Of a stretch of DNA of 64,000 bases, positions 1-13,652 are shown one piece after another. How positions within the stretch are numbered: the stretch's first letter is position 1; each line of letters opens with the position of its first letter. Position numbers and translations under genes: made by a program. The stretch is from NCBI RefSeq assembly GCF_964204865.1, contig NC_135254.1, forward strand, positions 11,098,001 through 11,162,000. Direction: 5' to 3'. The notes beneath the pieces were generated by a model. It had not been told where the DNA came from, made no database searches, and saw only the letters and a list, made by a program, of their open reading frames with translations. The stretch is from Styela clava. Taxonomy: Eukaryota.

Positions 1-1448
1 AATTCGTGCGTTTTCACGAGTATCTGTTGTAAGTTGTACCTTGTTATTTAGGAATGCAGTCGTAATACGATCATATGAGCTTCCAAATAAGCCGCAGTGC
101 ATTAAAATAGATTTCACAGCTAGGTAGCTCAGTGTAGTCTGAGTTTTAACTGTGCAGGATTCGATTTTCATGTAAGATAATATCAAAATGTAATGCGTCC
201 ACACGATCACATATTGTCAGTTCCAATTTGCCTTTTTGATATTCGAAAATTAGTGACGCCATATGATGTAATTAATATTTTATATTTCAAACAATGTGAA
301 AATATACGGAGGATCCGAATGTTAACCGTGCAAGTATGCCAGATAATAACTAAAATATAAAAACAATTTCAGAAGTTCAAAACAAATAAAACACCGAGGC
401 ACCAGTAAACTTGGCGTCATAATAGCTATTTCTATATGTGAGAAGGGAGCAGGGACTTTGCCCAAAGCTTACCCTACCACTTCGGTACGCTGTTGCTACT
501 AAATTTCTTCAAAATTCTTATAGTTCACGCCTTACAATTATTTGTCGCGAAAATGGGTACTTTAAATGCAAATAAATCTTTCGGCGAAGTATTGCTATTG
601 TATTTGAAGTTCTTTAATGGACTGTCAACTTGTCGCACTTTAGTGAGAACTTGCCAAATCAGAAATCGTTGAGCAATGATCGGTAAATATCAATCTTTGT
701 CAATTCTATGGCGTGATCTGTGTTTCCCAGAAAACTGGCCGCCGATCCGGACAAAAATTGGCATGAAGGTCGTGGTTTAGAGTTAGACCAAACCATCCCA
801 GAAAATCAATCGGACCATAGGGTCAAAACTAGACAAACCAATCTAAATGCAGTCCAATATTTATTATGTTTTATTCACACTGAAGATGAGTTTATGACAG
901 TTGAATCTCATTAATCATAATGTGACATTCAATATGCCTTTATTGATATTTTACAACGTATCGCCTTGTTTGACGTTGAATTGAGATGAAAATCTTAAAT
1001 TTGGATAATTTTGAATATAGCAATGTTATTATATATACGGCGATGAAATTAAACTCGATAATCCTCCTTTATTTAATATATATAGGGTCAGAATAGAACA
1101 AACCATCATCTACTCTTAGTGAGTTTATGATTGGAAATATTTTACAGAAGCAAAAATAATAAAACTTCATAAGATAGAAAATTTCGTTATCGTTATCCAG
1201 TCCATCCGTCATTGTTGGTGATTATATAACATCAAGCAATCGTTTTGGTTATGATGTGGATCAACCCGATTAAAACTTATACTTCGTAGGTCTAATTTCT
1301 ATACATGTAATAAAAGTTTTATAATAGACTAAAGAACAAAATAATATTTTTATTTAACTAAATTTTTAAAAAGTTGGTTACAGGACGATGGATTTATAAA
1401 CCAAAAAGTCTTCCGTAAATAATCGCTTGATGTGATAATGTCACTCTT

Positions 1449-4400
1449 TTAGCAAATTTCGCATGTTTTACGGCAGTACCTCTTCACCATAGCATAACTG
1501 CAGTAATTCGTAAGTTCACTGCAATTGCTAGCTCTATCTTTACAAAATGAAACTGAAAAAAAAATTAAAAATTGATTTCAGAGTGTATGCGGATTATTTC
1601 GTTTTGATTAGATTTGAACTACTATATTGCAATAAGATAATATCTCAGTTCCAAATTTAGACCAGTAATCTATGCAGTATAAAGCTGAAATTCTTTGCCT
1701 TCAAAGTTATATATATATGCGGAATATTTACATGGGAAGGTCTGGGAAATACACCGTTTTTAAAAGCAATATTTAAAAAGCAAATAAATTTAATCAATTT
1801 TATTGTTGTTGTGTTTCCCGTATATAATTAAGTGATACAAAAATTGCATTGTTTTATGATATTACGAAATAAATGAAAATTACCCGGTTTCGGCTTTGGT
1901 TTCGGTTTTGGTTTCGGTTTTGTTGGTTCTGCATTACATGGGTACAAACTGTTGATTTGCTTAGCATCTTCCACCGACATGGCCTCTCTCTGAAAAATTG
2001 TCGTTAACATTTAAATTTTATTTATTACATATAATTCATATCAATAATACCTTAAAAATGAATAAATAAACTTCAATATTGAGAAAGCTTTGTCAACTTC
2101 AGCTTAAACTCTTTGGATCTCAACTTGGGTCTATATCAATTTATTTTAAGATTTTAGATGACCATCTAGTGGTGGGTCTGAACAGATTTTGTGTCAAATT
2201 CACCCATTGTTGATTCAGACATGGGTGAGTTTAAGTAAGTCAAACAACCTATTGTTTTTATTTTATTTGTTTCATTAAAAACATAACGATAAAACGATCT
2301 CAATAATTTTAATTGGCCGTTTAAATTAGACACCAATTCTGCAGTTGAAGCCACTTTATTTCTTAACGTAATCCTTGCAATTACCTGTGCTCTCACTGCT
2401 TGGCCAGTAGACAAGTCTAATATGGTTGGTTTCCTTCTGTTTATTGCAAAAGCATATCCTCCGTAATGCATAATGGATTTTTTGTCGTAAGGCGATCCCA
2501 TAGAGTTGATCTTGTTAGCTGCCTGCTTATTGAAGTTGTATTTCAGTCCTAAATAATTCAAAGAAACAGAATGTGAATTCAATTACTTTGGGTTACTTTT
2601 GTTTTGTGCAAAGAAAGATATTTCAAGTTTTCAGCATATCTCACATCACCTTCGCTTATATTATCCCAAACAATCTTAACAAATTTATCTCTATCATTTC
2701 GACTCTGTTCATGCCAGAAACCGATCGAATGCATAATCTCATGAACGACAGTTCCTTTGTATTCACATCCAGGTCCTATCGACACCTGTTTTATTAAAAT
2801 AGATTGCATTGCAGCCTTGTAGACTCAAAAAATAATAACAAGAAATTATATCTAATAAATAGTTTTCGAAATAATAAAGTATACCTATGTGATAACATTT
2901 TCAAATGGAGTACTTCTATAATTATTTGCCCTTAGATGTCATTGGATATACTAATGACAATTTTACAAATTATTTTTTCACCTTCAACAAACCTTCAAAT
3001 CTATTTACTGGTGGATATGTAAAATTCTCATTTATTGCCAAAAGAATATTGAGATAAAAATATCAAAAATATATTTGATTTTAGTTATGCTTGTATATAC
3101 ATATTATACTGATAGTGTTTCGCGTTATAAAGTCTCAAACTACAAATGATGGCTGATGAAAATCAGTCATTTCTGTTTTTGTATAATTAGATGCGTTTAC
3201 CGTATTTTGTCTCGAACTTTTACCAACTGGAGACCAACATCCTTTTCTTCCGACAAAAACTATTTTCTCCCGGTTGGGGTCTGTTACTGGTACGAGATCA
3301 ATACAAGTTTTTTCTTGAAATTCTTTGATTGCAGCCGCAATGGCATTCCTTGCTTTGCTACCTAGTTTAATATAAAAATGATAAGATATAGAGAGACGGA
3401 AAACATATACTTTATGCCAAATGCCCATAATGATCGTCTTATATATATACTAAAAGTTTTTAAAATTTTCACATCAAGTCTTTGATCTTGAAAACCAGCT
3501 TATAAAACCAGAAATATAAAATATTTTTTTGTCCCATAATAACAAAATATGTTTGGATCTGATTTTAAAAAAACAGCAGGAAATATGGATATGTGAAATA
3601 AAAAAAGCATATTGACGGAAAAAACTGTATAAAAACAACGTGGACTGACTTACCCAATGTTGTTTCAATTTCATATGGTATTTTGTATCTATTTCCTTGT
3701 TTGAAGTTTTTCCAATCTCTCATTCCTCTCGCAGCTCCTCTTTGTCTTTGTGAATTACCAATTCCCAATGCATAATTTAGACTTTCTGCTGTTTCCCGAG
3801 TTCTCTTTATATCCCCTTCATAGAGATCTAATGTAATATATACAAATTTCATTACATTCATTGCTTTCTTGTGGAATTATTTTCTACATTTTTTAAGGTA
3901 TTTCAAGCGTTGGGAGATTCTGATAGATGCAAGATACAATTTTAGAATTTAAAAATGTTTCTGTCAATTTTTAAGTCAATTTTGATACATGTGTAAGTAT
4001 AATTACTATTGGTGTCCCCGAAGTATGTGCACCAAAATGCGCACAACCTGAACATAGTAAGTGTACCCGGTTCTGTTTATCAGGTTGTGCGCCATCTTGG
4101 TGCACACATTATTTGAGCGCCGATTTAAAATATATCCAATATTCATTTAGAAGTAGAAAATAAACATATTTACCCCCATACTGGTTTTCTTTTACTAGAT
4201 CGCATTCACAGGAATGTGGCTTGAAATATGTGCATTTTTCTTCACATTCGGTGACAGGTTTAGTAGACCAGAAAATTTGTCTAATTAATTCTGTATTGAA
4301 AATATAATAGAATTATCATTTTAAAAATTGATAAGTTTTCATGTAGATTTTTATTTCAAATTTGCAGCTTCACTTAGAAATAACACAACCAGAAAAAAAA

Positions 4401-6931
4401 ATCTTTAAATTACATTAAGTTGATTGCATGTTTGACGTGATGAGAAAATTATTTTACAAATTTACGAAGATATTTTAAATGAGTAAGGTTCAATTTTAGA
4501 AGTAAGCTATTACCAAAATTTAGCAGTGAAAGAAAAGGAAGACTATAGCGCAGAAGTAAAAAGTAATTGCGTATAGTCATCTATGCCAATGTTAGTTAAA
4601 TAACTGGTTGCTAGATAATAAAAAAAACTCCGATAACAGTTTGTAGAGCAATGAGTTTAATCTATCACTGATAAAAAATTTTACCATAAATTACACAAAT
4701 TTATCATTGATTGAAATTTTTATTACTAACCAAAAATCTCAAATATTGAATCATCATGAGCTCCTGCAGTTGAATCGTCATCATTTGTAATTTCTGGGGA
4801 AATAGAAATTGTGTAGGCCTACTTATTGAATGAGAAAATTGGCACAGAAACAATAGGTCAATAAAGTAGCTTATCACTAAACGATTAAAAACATGGTACA
4901 CATTGCAATGTAGAGTCATTTATTTTTTATGTTGAATATATTTATATTTTTGAGAACATTTTTGAATAAATAAATATTTTTTATATATATTCATAGCGAC
5001 ATAGATTGTAAAACTAAATCAAAAATAGTCTATCCCAAAATGAGTAATGCAATTAAGTTTTGGAGATTTGCTTTCACTTCTTTTCAAATCTAAAATAACT
5101 TTTGATACGATCAACATAGAAGAAGAAAATCATAATTTCACAATTTATAATATCTAACTCAAATGGAACTTGAAATATCACACAGAATTTTTCATAAATA
5201 GCAAACCTTCGTCTCCACAACCATAAACTTGAATATCATTAATAGGGAGGCCATTGCTATCCAATACTTTCACTTGAATTGCTGTTGTTTCGACGTAGAT
5301 CGGGAGTTCAATTTTTTGCATGCCATACGTGTCGCTGATGCCGTCAAATACCTTAAAAATAAATGTTTATTTTATGTGTCGATAGGATGTTTCAAAATCT
5401 GTTTCTCAAGTAACTTAATTTATCATTTTTAAAGTTCTTCATTAGAGAAGATACTACTAATTGACTTATTAAATGAATATAGTAATAAACTGAATTGTAA
5501 AGAAAAAATATATTACCATAGGGTTTCCGTCCCCATCATTGAAGGGCACAAATGATCCAGAAAGCAATTTGAAAAGAATTTCAAATTCAGAAGAACAATC
5601 TCTTTGAATCGTTATACTTGATACAACCTCAAGATTTGTCAAATCAAACTGAAATGTTCAAATAACTAACATTTTATTTCAGCTTAAAATTTATGCATGC
5701 GTCTCGGATAAAATGGGCATAGTAAAGTAATTCAATATATACTCAGGCTCCATATTATTAATCGCTTATCATTACAGCGGAAGCATTAGTCATCTCGAAC
5801 TAATGAGATGTATTTCAAAAGAATACTCAAAGGGAGACTATACGTTATAATTATTGCATTTTATTGATTAGAATAACCAACATTTAATGCTCAAAAGTTC
5901 ATGCAATCTTTTTTGTATTTGATCTTACACATCTATCGAACTGGCTCTTTCTGCTCGGGTAAATGAGCTTTTCAGAATAGTTTTTCATAATTATCAAAGT
6001 TGGTCTTGAACGGGCTAAGAGTTTAATGTACTTCAATAACTAAATAATAAGTACAGTTAGTTGAATAACAGAAAATAATTATCGAAAAATTTCGCGAAAA
6101 ACCTGAGAATATCTCACGTCACACTACTAGAGCTTCGCGGCGCATAGTTATATATTTACACAGGTTTATACTTGTACAAAGCTTAAATGATAACAAAAAT
6201 TTATGATTATAATACAATAAAAAATCAAACCGTTATCTGATTTCCGAATTGATTTTCAACATCAAGTTCCGGTGGACCGTATGGTGTTGCAGTTTGACCC
6301 TCCAGGCGAACGTATTTGTCACAAGCTAAGGTATGTAAGATTGAAATTAGATTTTATAATTTATGTGATTTATACTAATTGACTTTGTAGCAATCAGGTA
6401 TTCAGAGGATGTTTGACTTCATTATTATCCAAAAATTGTTGAGGGAACTTTTGAGACGTTCAAACCAGTTCAATACTTTTCAGTTATGTTAAAAAAAATT
6501 CATACGTAACTATAATATACGCAATCTATTCAAATATTTTGAAATAAATTATCAGCCACTCTTGCAATTTTAGGAGATAGTTAAATATATAGAAGGATGA
6601 AAGTATGTACACACTTGTGCATTCATTAACATCCAAAGGATCGACATCTTCTCTCTCGGTTCCTCTGGCAATATCATGGCAATAATCAGATGGAGGTCTA
6701 GCCTTGGATGCCGAAATCATAAATAAAACTAAAAATATATCAAAACGAGTATTATTCAAATATAACTATAGTGAAATATTGGTATCATTTTAAGATTGGA
6801 CTCGAAATATTAGTTTATATATACAGTATGGTCTGTTTACGCATTTTAAAACTGGCGAATAATAATTTAATAATTTCATTATCATATGATATGATCATTA
6901 TTAAGCACTTACTCAAGATTGCGAGCTTCAT
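1449..6931 (-). CDS. Astacin (M12A) metalloprotease 1: signal peptide, discoidin/F5-8C-like module, antistasin-like remnant, prodomain, astacin domain, (PK)n linker, ShKT
   Basis: 13 GT-AG exons splice in frame: 6913-6931, 6615-6728, 6231-6325, 5517-5648, 5207-5351, 4731-4793, 4174-4290, 3654-3827, 3201-3361, 2650-2785, 2385-2548, 1884-1989, 1449-1552. Motifs: MKLAILILFMISASKA signal; LYEGDI pro-motif; GCWSPVG; [19 protein letters not shown] zinc site; SIMHY Met-turn; C-terminal CKDRASNCSELTNYCSYAMVKRYCRKTCEIC* (ShKT). Confidence 0.92.
1884..1925 (-). repeat. Coding hexanucleotide-unit repeat encoding a PKPKPKPKPKP linker
   Basis: Plus strand ggtttcggctttggtttcggttttggtttcggtttt; translates to TKPKPKPKPKPKP between the astacin and ShKT domains. 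Confidence 0.8.
4011..4120. mobile_element. Short palindromic MITE related to family A, intronic
   Basis: Arm ggtgtccccgaagtatgtgcaccaaaatgcgcacaacctga is inverted-matched by tcaggttgtgcgccatcttggtgcacacattatttgagcgcc; shares the agtatgtg.accaa.atg motif with family A. Confidence 0.7.
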
Positions 6932-6995
6932 TGCTGCGTCTGATCTTGAAAAACCTGAATCATAAAAATTATATATGGAAGATAAGGATAAATAG

Positions 6996-7008
6996 AGTTT
7001 TATAAATA
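6996..7008 (-). promoter_or_regulatory. Candidate TATA box of astacin 1
   Basis: Minus strand TATTTATAAAAA about 70 nt upstream of the ATG at 6931. The AT-rich background makes this weak. Confidence 0.3.
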
Positions 7009-7538
7009 GGCGCAGGCAACGCTTATTTGGCATATATTCACGACAAATTTTATACTAGAAAAATTTTGAAAAGTAATTGTTCTTCATTTTAAATGAGTAA
7101 ACTACTGACGATATTCAATCTGGAAATTTGCAAAATATTATATATAAATTTGTATTTATATATTTCTTACCTTTAGTTTTCAACACCAGTAAAACTTTTG
7201 TAGAATGTAACATTCGTTTATCTTGTGTCTTATATGCATTTGAAACAGGAAAGATGATTTTTCATATGAATCAAGATAATCGTTACGCTCATCTTGGAAA
7301 AGATACATTGAATCATACCCGCTTATATTGCGTGATGTATTGTAATGTTGATAATATGAAGTTATGTGCTGTTAAGAACGTTGTGAAGTTTATTATTTTT
7401 GGGTTTCATTTGAAACATTATTTTTACTGCTTGCTAAAATATGTACGTACTATTATTGTACATTATTTTTTACTTACTTAATTTAAATAATTAGGAAAGA
7501 AAATTAAACAATTAAAGATAACTGCAGTGATTAGCTTA

Positions 7539-8161
7539 CAGGGTTGGGCAAGGTTTTCAGACCAGGGGCCAAAACTTTGGCCCACCCAGAGTTGTGGGCC
7601 ATCTAAGTGTGACGTTACATTTTATGAACAGAATTTTATTTACAGTGTTACAAAAGCAAAAGTGGGAAACAATCTTAACAATCCATTTCTTTTTAAAGGT
7701 TCTTTTCTCGCTACCGATTTTTCTCTACCCCGGTACATGTGGAAAAAATTAGTCTTTGATAATTTAGGTATTAATCTTCATGATGTAGGGTGCCCAAAAT
7801 AGATGTTGCAACAGATTATTAGAAACCATCATGGAACGCTAGACTAGCAAGTATGCGTAAGATACGAACTATGGGGACGTTAGAAAAACGTTGGCACTAA
7901 ATTGAAACTCGAGTGCGTGACCGGACACGATAATCGCACAACGCAAAAAAAGTGTGAAAAGCACACAGTCGAACCGAGTGAGCGAGAAAACGTAACGATT
8001 TGTCAACGTCCCCTCAACATGAAAGTCTGTGCCAATCTAAAATACAACTTGGACAGAATAAAACCATATTGCAGCGTACAGATTGCAATATCAACAACTA
8101 TCAGATTGAATCACCCAGCGGGCTGAGTTTGGCCCGCGGGCCGTAGTTTGCTCATATTATG
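7539..8161. mobile_element. Degenerate non-autonomous hAT-type element
   Basis: Left end cagggttgggcaagg; right end ggcccgcgggccgtagtttgctca, typical of hAT/Charlie MITE termini. No clear TSD. Confidence 0.55.
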
Positions 8162-9224
8162 ATTAGCAGATGAGTTGGATGAGTGCGAAATGACCATTTC
8201 AATTATTTTTTTAGACAATTCTTTATTTGGCAGATTTAATTTAATTATGAGTCTATGTAACTATTATTGAGCGAGAGATCCAAATAAAGAAATATTCTAA
8301 TTTGGGTAAAATGATTTCATTTCTGTTTATTGCAATATTTTAGGAGTGAAAATATTCGAGTTTGCGTAAAAAGTGAGAATGACGTAACACTTTGTGATTC
8401 ACAATATTTTAGTATTTATTTTGATAAGCTGTTGACGCCATCGCATTTGACTTGCTTGCTTACATAGTGATTAATAATCCATCTATGATTAATTAAAATG
8501 TATCATTCCAATTTATTAATAAACAGAAAACTTTATTTTTATATGATATATGTTTTAATTATTGTTATGTGTCATCTAACTCATGACACAGCCAAAAAAA
8601 TATTCCATAGGAAATTTGAGTTCATTTTATATATCTAACAATTGGTTATTACTCCGAAATATATTTCTATAATATTTCTTACGTGTTAGCTAAATGTAAT
8701 GACTTAAATTTGTCACTACAAAAATATTTATTGTCGTTCTTTGTGAATGGACAGCTCTCGTCAAAAATACTGATAAATACAATAAAAAAAACGTATAGAA
8801 ATTGACAATATATTGCCAACTAAGATAATAAAAATAAATCATCAGGCACTAATAGACATTATTCGTTTTGGAAAAAAGCTTTTATTATACGGAAATGTTT
8901 GAAATTTCAAAAGCCTTGAATTTTTCACTTTTGACATGTCAATACAACAAAAAAGTGCTGAAAGAAAGGAACTTGCACATCCTTTTTTCACACCAATCTG
9001 TTGCACATATGCACAAATACATAAGATACATTAATAAGATCAATATTATAACGATTTTATTGAAATAATAAGTTTGTTGACACCAACAACACGTTCTGCT
9101 TTATTCGCGCATTTTCTTACTGGTCCTAATTCTTCGGAACAGAAACGGGCCAAGCCTTTACAATCTGCGGTCGTTTTATTAATATTAATAACAGGATAGC
9201 AGTGCTCAAATATATGAACACGAA

Positions 9225-9495
9225 GGCTAAAACGATGTTGATGACGTCATCACACAACACTTTAAAGTTGCAAACAAATCTTATAGAGCCCACAGAAATT
9301 TTTCAAATAAATAAACGTAATAGACTTCTAGCGACAACAACAATCTTTAACCACTAAAATTTCGAAGCAATTGGTCCAGTAAGTAAAAAAAGTAGTTTTT
9401 TTTTAACAACAATAAATAATAGTAACAAGGAGAAGCAAAATACCAAGAATACTAACAACAACAAAACTTTAACAACACGATCCCTAGGTGCACTC
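9225..9495. mobile_element. Interspersed repeat family D with internal (AAC/AAT)n microsatellite, copy 1 (possibly Helentron-derived)
   Basis: cttctagcgacaacaacaatcttta...aagcaattg...aacaacaacaa...acgatcc..ggt recurs at about 50770-50950. Confidence 0.65.
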
Positions 9496-9902
9496 CGCCT
9501 GAATCGGGATCAGGCGAATGCGAGATGAGTACTGACGGAAGCAGCCATTGTTAGTAAGTCAGTTACGTGAGTAACAAGGTATGTATATGCGTGAAAAAAC
9601 GAACGTACAGAAATGAAAATTATTAATACATATTTTCCAATTTGAATATTCTCTCGTCATGAAGTCGAACTAAAAATGGTTCCAATTTTTACAGTTCTGA
9701 TGTTTTCTATACAAATATATTAAAAAGCTATAATTTAAACATACTTGCGTAGGACTATTTATATCAACTCCACAATCAAATATTGTTACATGCTACAATA
9801 CAGGCATTACAATCTACTACGTTTATCGTTTAGGTTTTTATCGTGATATGTTGTTGCGATTGTGTGAATTATCCTACTTTCATGAAGCAACAGGACAACA
9901 AG

Positions 9903-10173
9903 AAAACGAGAATATCGGTCAGAATACCGAAGACTTATCGATCGAAAATTGAGGGATCCCCCAAAACAGCGCTCTTACTCCATAGTGACACCTTGTGTTC
10001 CATCACTAATTAATCAATAGGCTTCTAGTACGACATATGACGAATGCACATGCAAAATCTGGAGCAGATTCAATCTCGCTTTCGTGAATTATCGCGTGCA
10101 TCTAACAGACAGACAGTCAAACAAACAGACGAATACCTATCAACATACTTACCGATTAAAATCGATAAGTAAT
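9903..10173 (-). mobile_element. Helentron/DINE-like non-autonomous element, family C copy 1
   Basis: Reverse-complement homologue of 36690-36953. Has the subterminal inverted repeat acttatcgat...atcgataagt, a (CAGA)n microsatellite, a terminal stem-loop and T-rich flanks. Confidence 0.75.
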
Positions 10174-11069
10174 AAAGTTGATGTTCCTTTTATGACAATA
10201 AGTTTGACATAGTTTGTTCATATTTGCATGAATATATCATCAGGTAAATTTCATGTCGATACATTTCCAAAATACAGACTTATTATCAGTTCCCCATATA
10301 AAACTTTAATCATTGCTCCAGAAAGACATCCCAACCCCGTCAGGATTTTATGAATAGATCCAATTTTTTCATTTTAATTCTTTCTTCAAGTGAGAAAGCG
10401 ACATGAATTTTTGAAAAAGTATTTATGATTTTTGCAAATGCTTTTCATAACAGCTATAATATTTGTTCCTTATTTGACTTTTTAACCCTTCGTCTGTCAG
10501 ACATTGATTTCATTATCTGCAAGTCTGTTAGCGTTTCTACATTTGATGGTGATGTAAAACAAACCCCAGTTTCGTTGAACAAGAGTAATATAAAAAACAC
10601 AGATTTTTTCGTACATTGTCACTCACGTTTCCAATCGTATAGTTGCAGCCAATATAAAAATATAACATTTTTCTCGTTTGCTATTGTTCTTCAATAAGTT
10701 GAACCAAATCAAAAATACTTGGAACGAGATTTTTATATTGTTTATTACATTATTATAAAATTTTGGCACAAAAATTTTCCGTTGTAACATATAGATTTAA
10801 TGCATGAACCATCGAGAATTTATAATGCATTATTATCTTTGCAGATATTTAATGAAAATGTGCACCAAGTGATAGAAATACTTATGTTTCTGTGTTAATA
10901 TTCAACAAAATTATCATATCTGTGGCTCAAAAATTTCCAGGAGCAAATTTAATACACTATTGAATTTTTCCGGTGATCTGCCATACAGAGAAGAAATTTT
11001 TGAAAAATTAAAAATAAAATTACAGCAACAAAATAACAATCAAATTTTGTATTGATACGGTGAATTCTC

Positions 11070-11712
11070 CTAGTCGGAATCAGAATAATGTTGATTATAG
11101 GTTTTTTTCACTCCTTTCGCAAATTCAAAACTCTTTTGCTTCAACTTTTCTCCATACGAAAGAACGGTCCTGCCAGCTGCTTTGATACTTTTCCTATAAT
11201 TAAACGAAAGAAAGAGTTGGAAATATTTAAGCGTTTTTTATTTAATATATATATAAATATTTAATTAAACGTCTTAATTTAAATTACCCGAAACTTTCTA
11301 ACCAGCCTGAAGCGGTACTTGCTATTTCCTCCGAATCTGCAAAAAAAATAAAAAAAATAATGATGTTGAAATGGATATTGTTAGAAATTGTATCAACTTC
11401 AACTAGAATTCTACCAAATGATTTTCAATATTTTTACGTGCGGCCATCTAGTGGTAGATAAATATGGAGTCAGCTCAATTACTGTTACCGTTTAAATTCT
11501 CATACCATAATATTCGACTTATAAGATATTATTATAATTTGTTCATTGTTCACCAGAAGTGAAAAAAAAAATTTTTTGAATGCTCTCTCAATAAACTCGT
11601 TAATCATTCCAAAGATTTTCCTAAAAAAAAATTATAGTTTACCTGGAATTGCAGAACCTTCAGCAATCACTGCCAAAAATGCAACAAGGCCAAGAAGAAC
11701 AACGAACTTCAT
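11070..11712 (-). CDS. Small secreted amphipathic alpha-helical peptide precursor, 80 aa (antimicrobial-peptide-like or exchangeable-apolipoprotein-like)
   Basis: Three GT-AG exons 11643-11712, 11288-11336 and 11070-11193 total 243 nt and give MKFVVLLGLVAFLAVIAEGSAIPDSEEIASTASGWLESFGKSIKAAGRTVLSYGEKLKQKSFEFAKGVKKTYNQHYSDSD*. Textbook signal peptide; intron phases 1 and 2 join without stops. Confidence 0.85.
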
Positions 11713-12720
11713 TTTGACTTTTGATTGTTTGAAGTGAAACAAATTATTACAGTTTTTTTGATTTTTTGAATTTTTTCTAAGATAAAAAACAAAGTATTAG
11801 GTTGGAGGAATGGTGATACGTTCATATTAAATTTCCTTGGCGAGTCCACCGTTTTGTAATTAGTGTATGGAGCATTGGTATTGTCGAAATTTGAAAAAAA
11901 AAACGCATTTTCATACCATAAAACTACTCTTGAAAACGTTTTCTTTCAATTTTCACCAGTTTATCATTTTGTATTTCTAACATATATTCTTAAACGTATT
12001 GACTAATGGAATAAATCAGTGAAATTGAAGTATCTTCAACCGTATCTTTTCCTCTTTTTATTACATGTATTTCGCCATTTCATTATGATCTTTGCCAATC
12101 TCAAAAATCACAATATAAATACGTCAAGAAAACTTGGTAATAAACTACGCTTCCAATCTTCGACAAAACAGTCGTGAGCGTAGAATATACTCACATAAAT
12201 ATTACTATTTAGGTGAAAACATTGTTCTAATTCATATATATATCATATAATTCTATATAATATGTAAGATATTGCATTTAAAAAAAAACATCATATGAAC
12301 AGTAACAACCCTTAAATTCTCCTGTTTCCTTCTCGAGCTAGAATTCTGATCTACATTTTCAGAATGCACACAGATTTATTTGTATTAAAGTCAGACCATA
12401 TTGCTTAGACCAATGAAAAAAGAGAAGGAATTGCATAACCTATGTTGTTCTTTGTTAATGAAGGGTCCAAAGGTTCGAATGACGCATAATCTGTTGTTGT
12501 CTTCAATTCGATCACAGAACAAATAAATTTTTGTTCGTCTTCCATTCTCAGAAAGATTATCATCGAACATGATAGAACGCGTTTGATACAATGATATGTT
12601 TGTTTGTGAAAGTTATAAATCGCTGACGCAAATATTTGTTTGCAACATAAAACTGTCTGACTGACACTAATCTCTGTACCCTGCAATCGTCAGCAAACAA
12701 ATTCATTACTTAGTCTTATC

Positions 12721-13021
12721 CACCGGTTCTTAACCAGTGGGCCATGGCCCACTGCTGTGCCACGAAAACATTTAAAATAGGCCACAGTTCTATTCAAAAT
12801 TGCTAGTTTTACTTTTATCACTGTTTTTAATCGTAATTGTAGTAGCAATGAATGAGGGTGCTGTTTTCTGCTACTGAGTGGTAATTCTAAAACTGGAAAT
12901 GTCCATTTTGTGCGTAAAAATTTTATTTTTTCTTGTAGTTTTCCCATTGCATGAAAAAAGTTGATGAACCACAGAATTTTTGTGCAGCGAAAATGCGCCA
13001 CAAAAAATATGAGGACCACTG
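12721..13021. mobile_element. Degenerate hAT-type MITE
   Basis: Left end caccggttcttaacc..tgggccatggcccac; right end tgaggaccactg. Confidence 0.55.
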
Positions 13022-13652
13022 GCCTGACCGATCGATATATATTCGATACATTTTTAATTCACCTATGTCCCATACCATTCAAACCCGGAATAGTTTTTAA
13101 AATGCCGTAACATCCTATATGTAAATTTGTGAAAACGCAAACCGTACTGTTAAAAAAATTTACATTGCAAAAGCGTAGTATTTGATACCTCATACTTAAC
13201 TAGTAAATGTTACGTTTTACAGTGATTACCGAAGCCTTGCAGCCTTGCATTGCTAATAGTTCATCCAATGGAGCAAACTGCTTACTAGAGGCCGAGGAAC
13301 AATAACACTCAATTGTACTCTGTTGAAAATTATTGCAAAATTGCTAGATTTATGAGATTTATTGTGAACTCGATAATAATATATAGCAAAATAAAATTAC
13401 AGCAAAAGTTTGTAAAAACTTAAGGTCGTGGTGGAGTTAAACTTGTCTGCAAAAGTCTCGACTTGAAATTGTTTCTTTCATCCGTGCAAGGAGTTGATAT
13501 TTTTGTTTGAGTATTAGTCATTGATGACGTGTATGCTTCGAACAAACTTTAAACATGAAACTTTGAACACGCTATCGTCTTCCGGTAGTGTTCATTTCAA
13601 TTGACGAATGCATTTTGCAAACGTTATTAATTTCACACTGCATACGATCTTG

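Noticed and set aside
118-172. tRNA-like A/B boxes (tagctcagtg ... gattcgattt)
   Set aside because: No consistent cloverleaf stems; at most a decayed SINE head.
12391-13019. Overlapping minus-strand ORFs
   Set aside because: No motifs; the region is partly a MITE.
13220-13320. Exon-like open frames on both strands downstream of astacin 2
   Set aside because: No partner exons, start codon or recognisable motif found.
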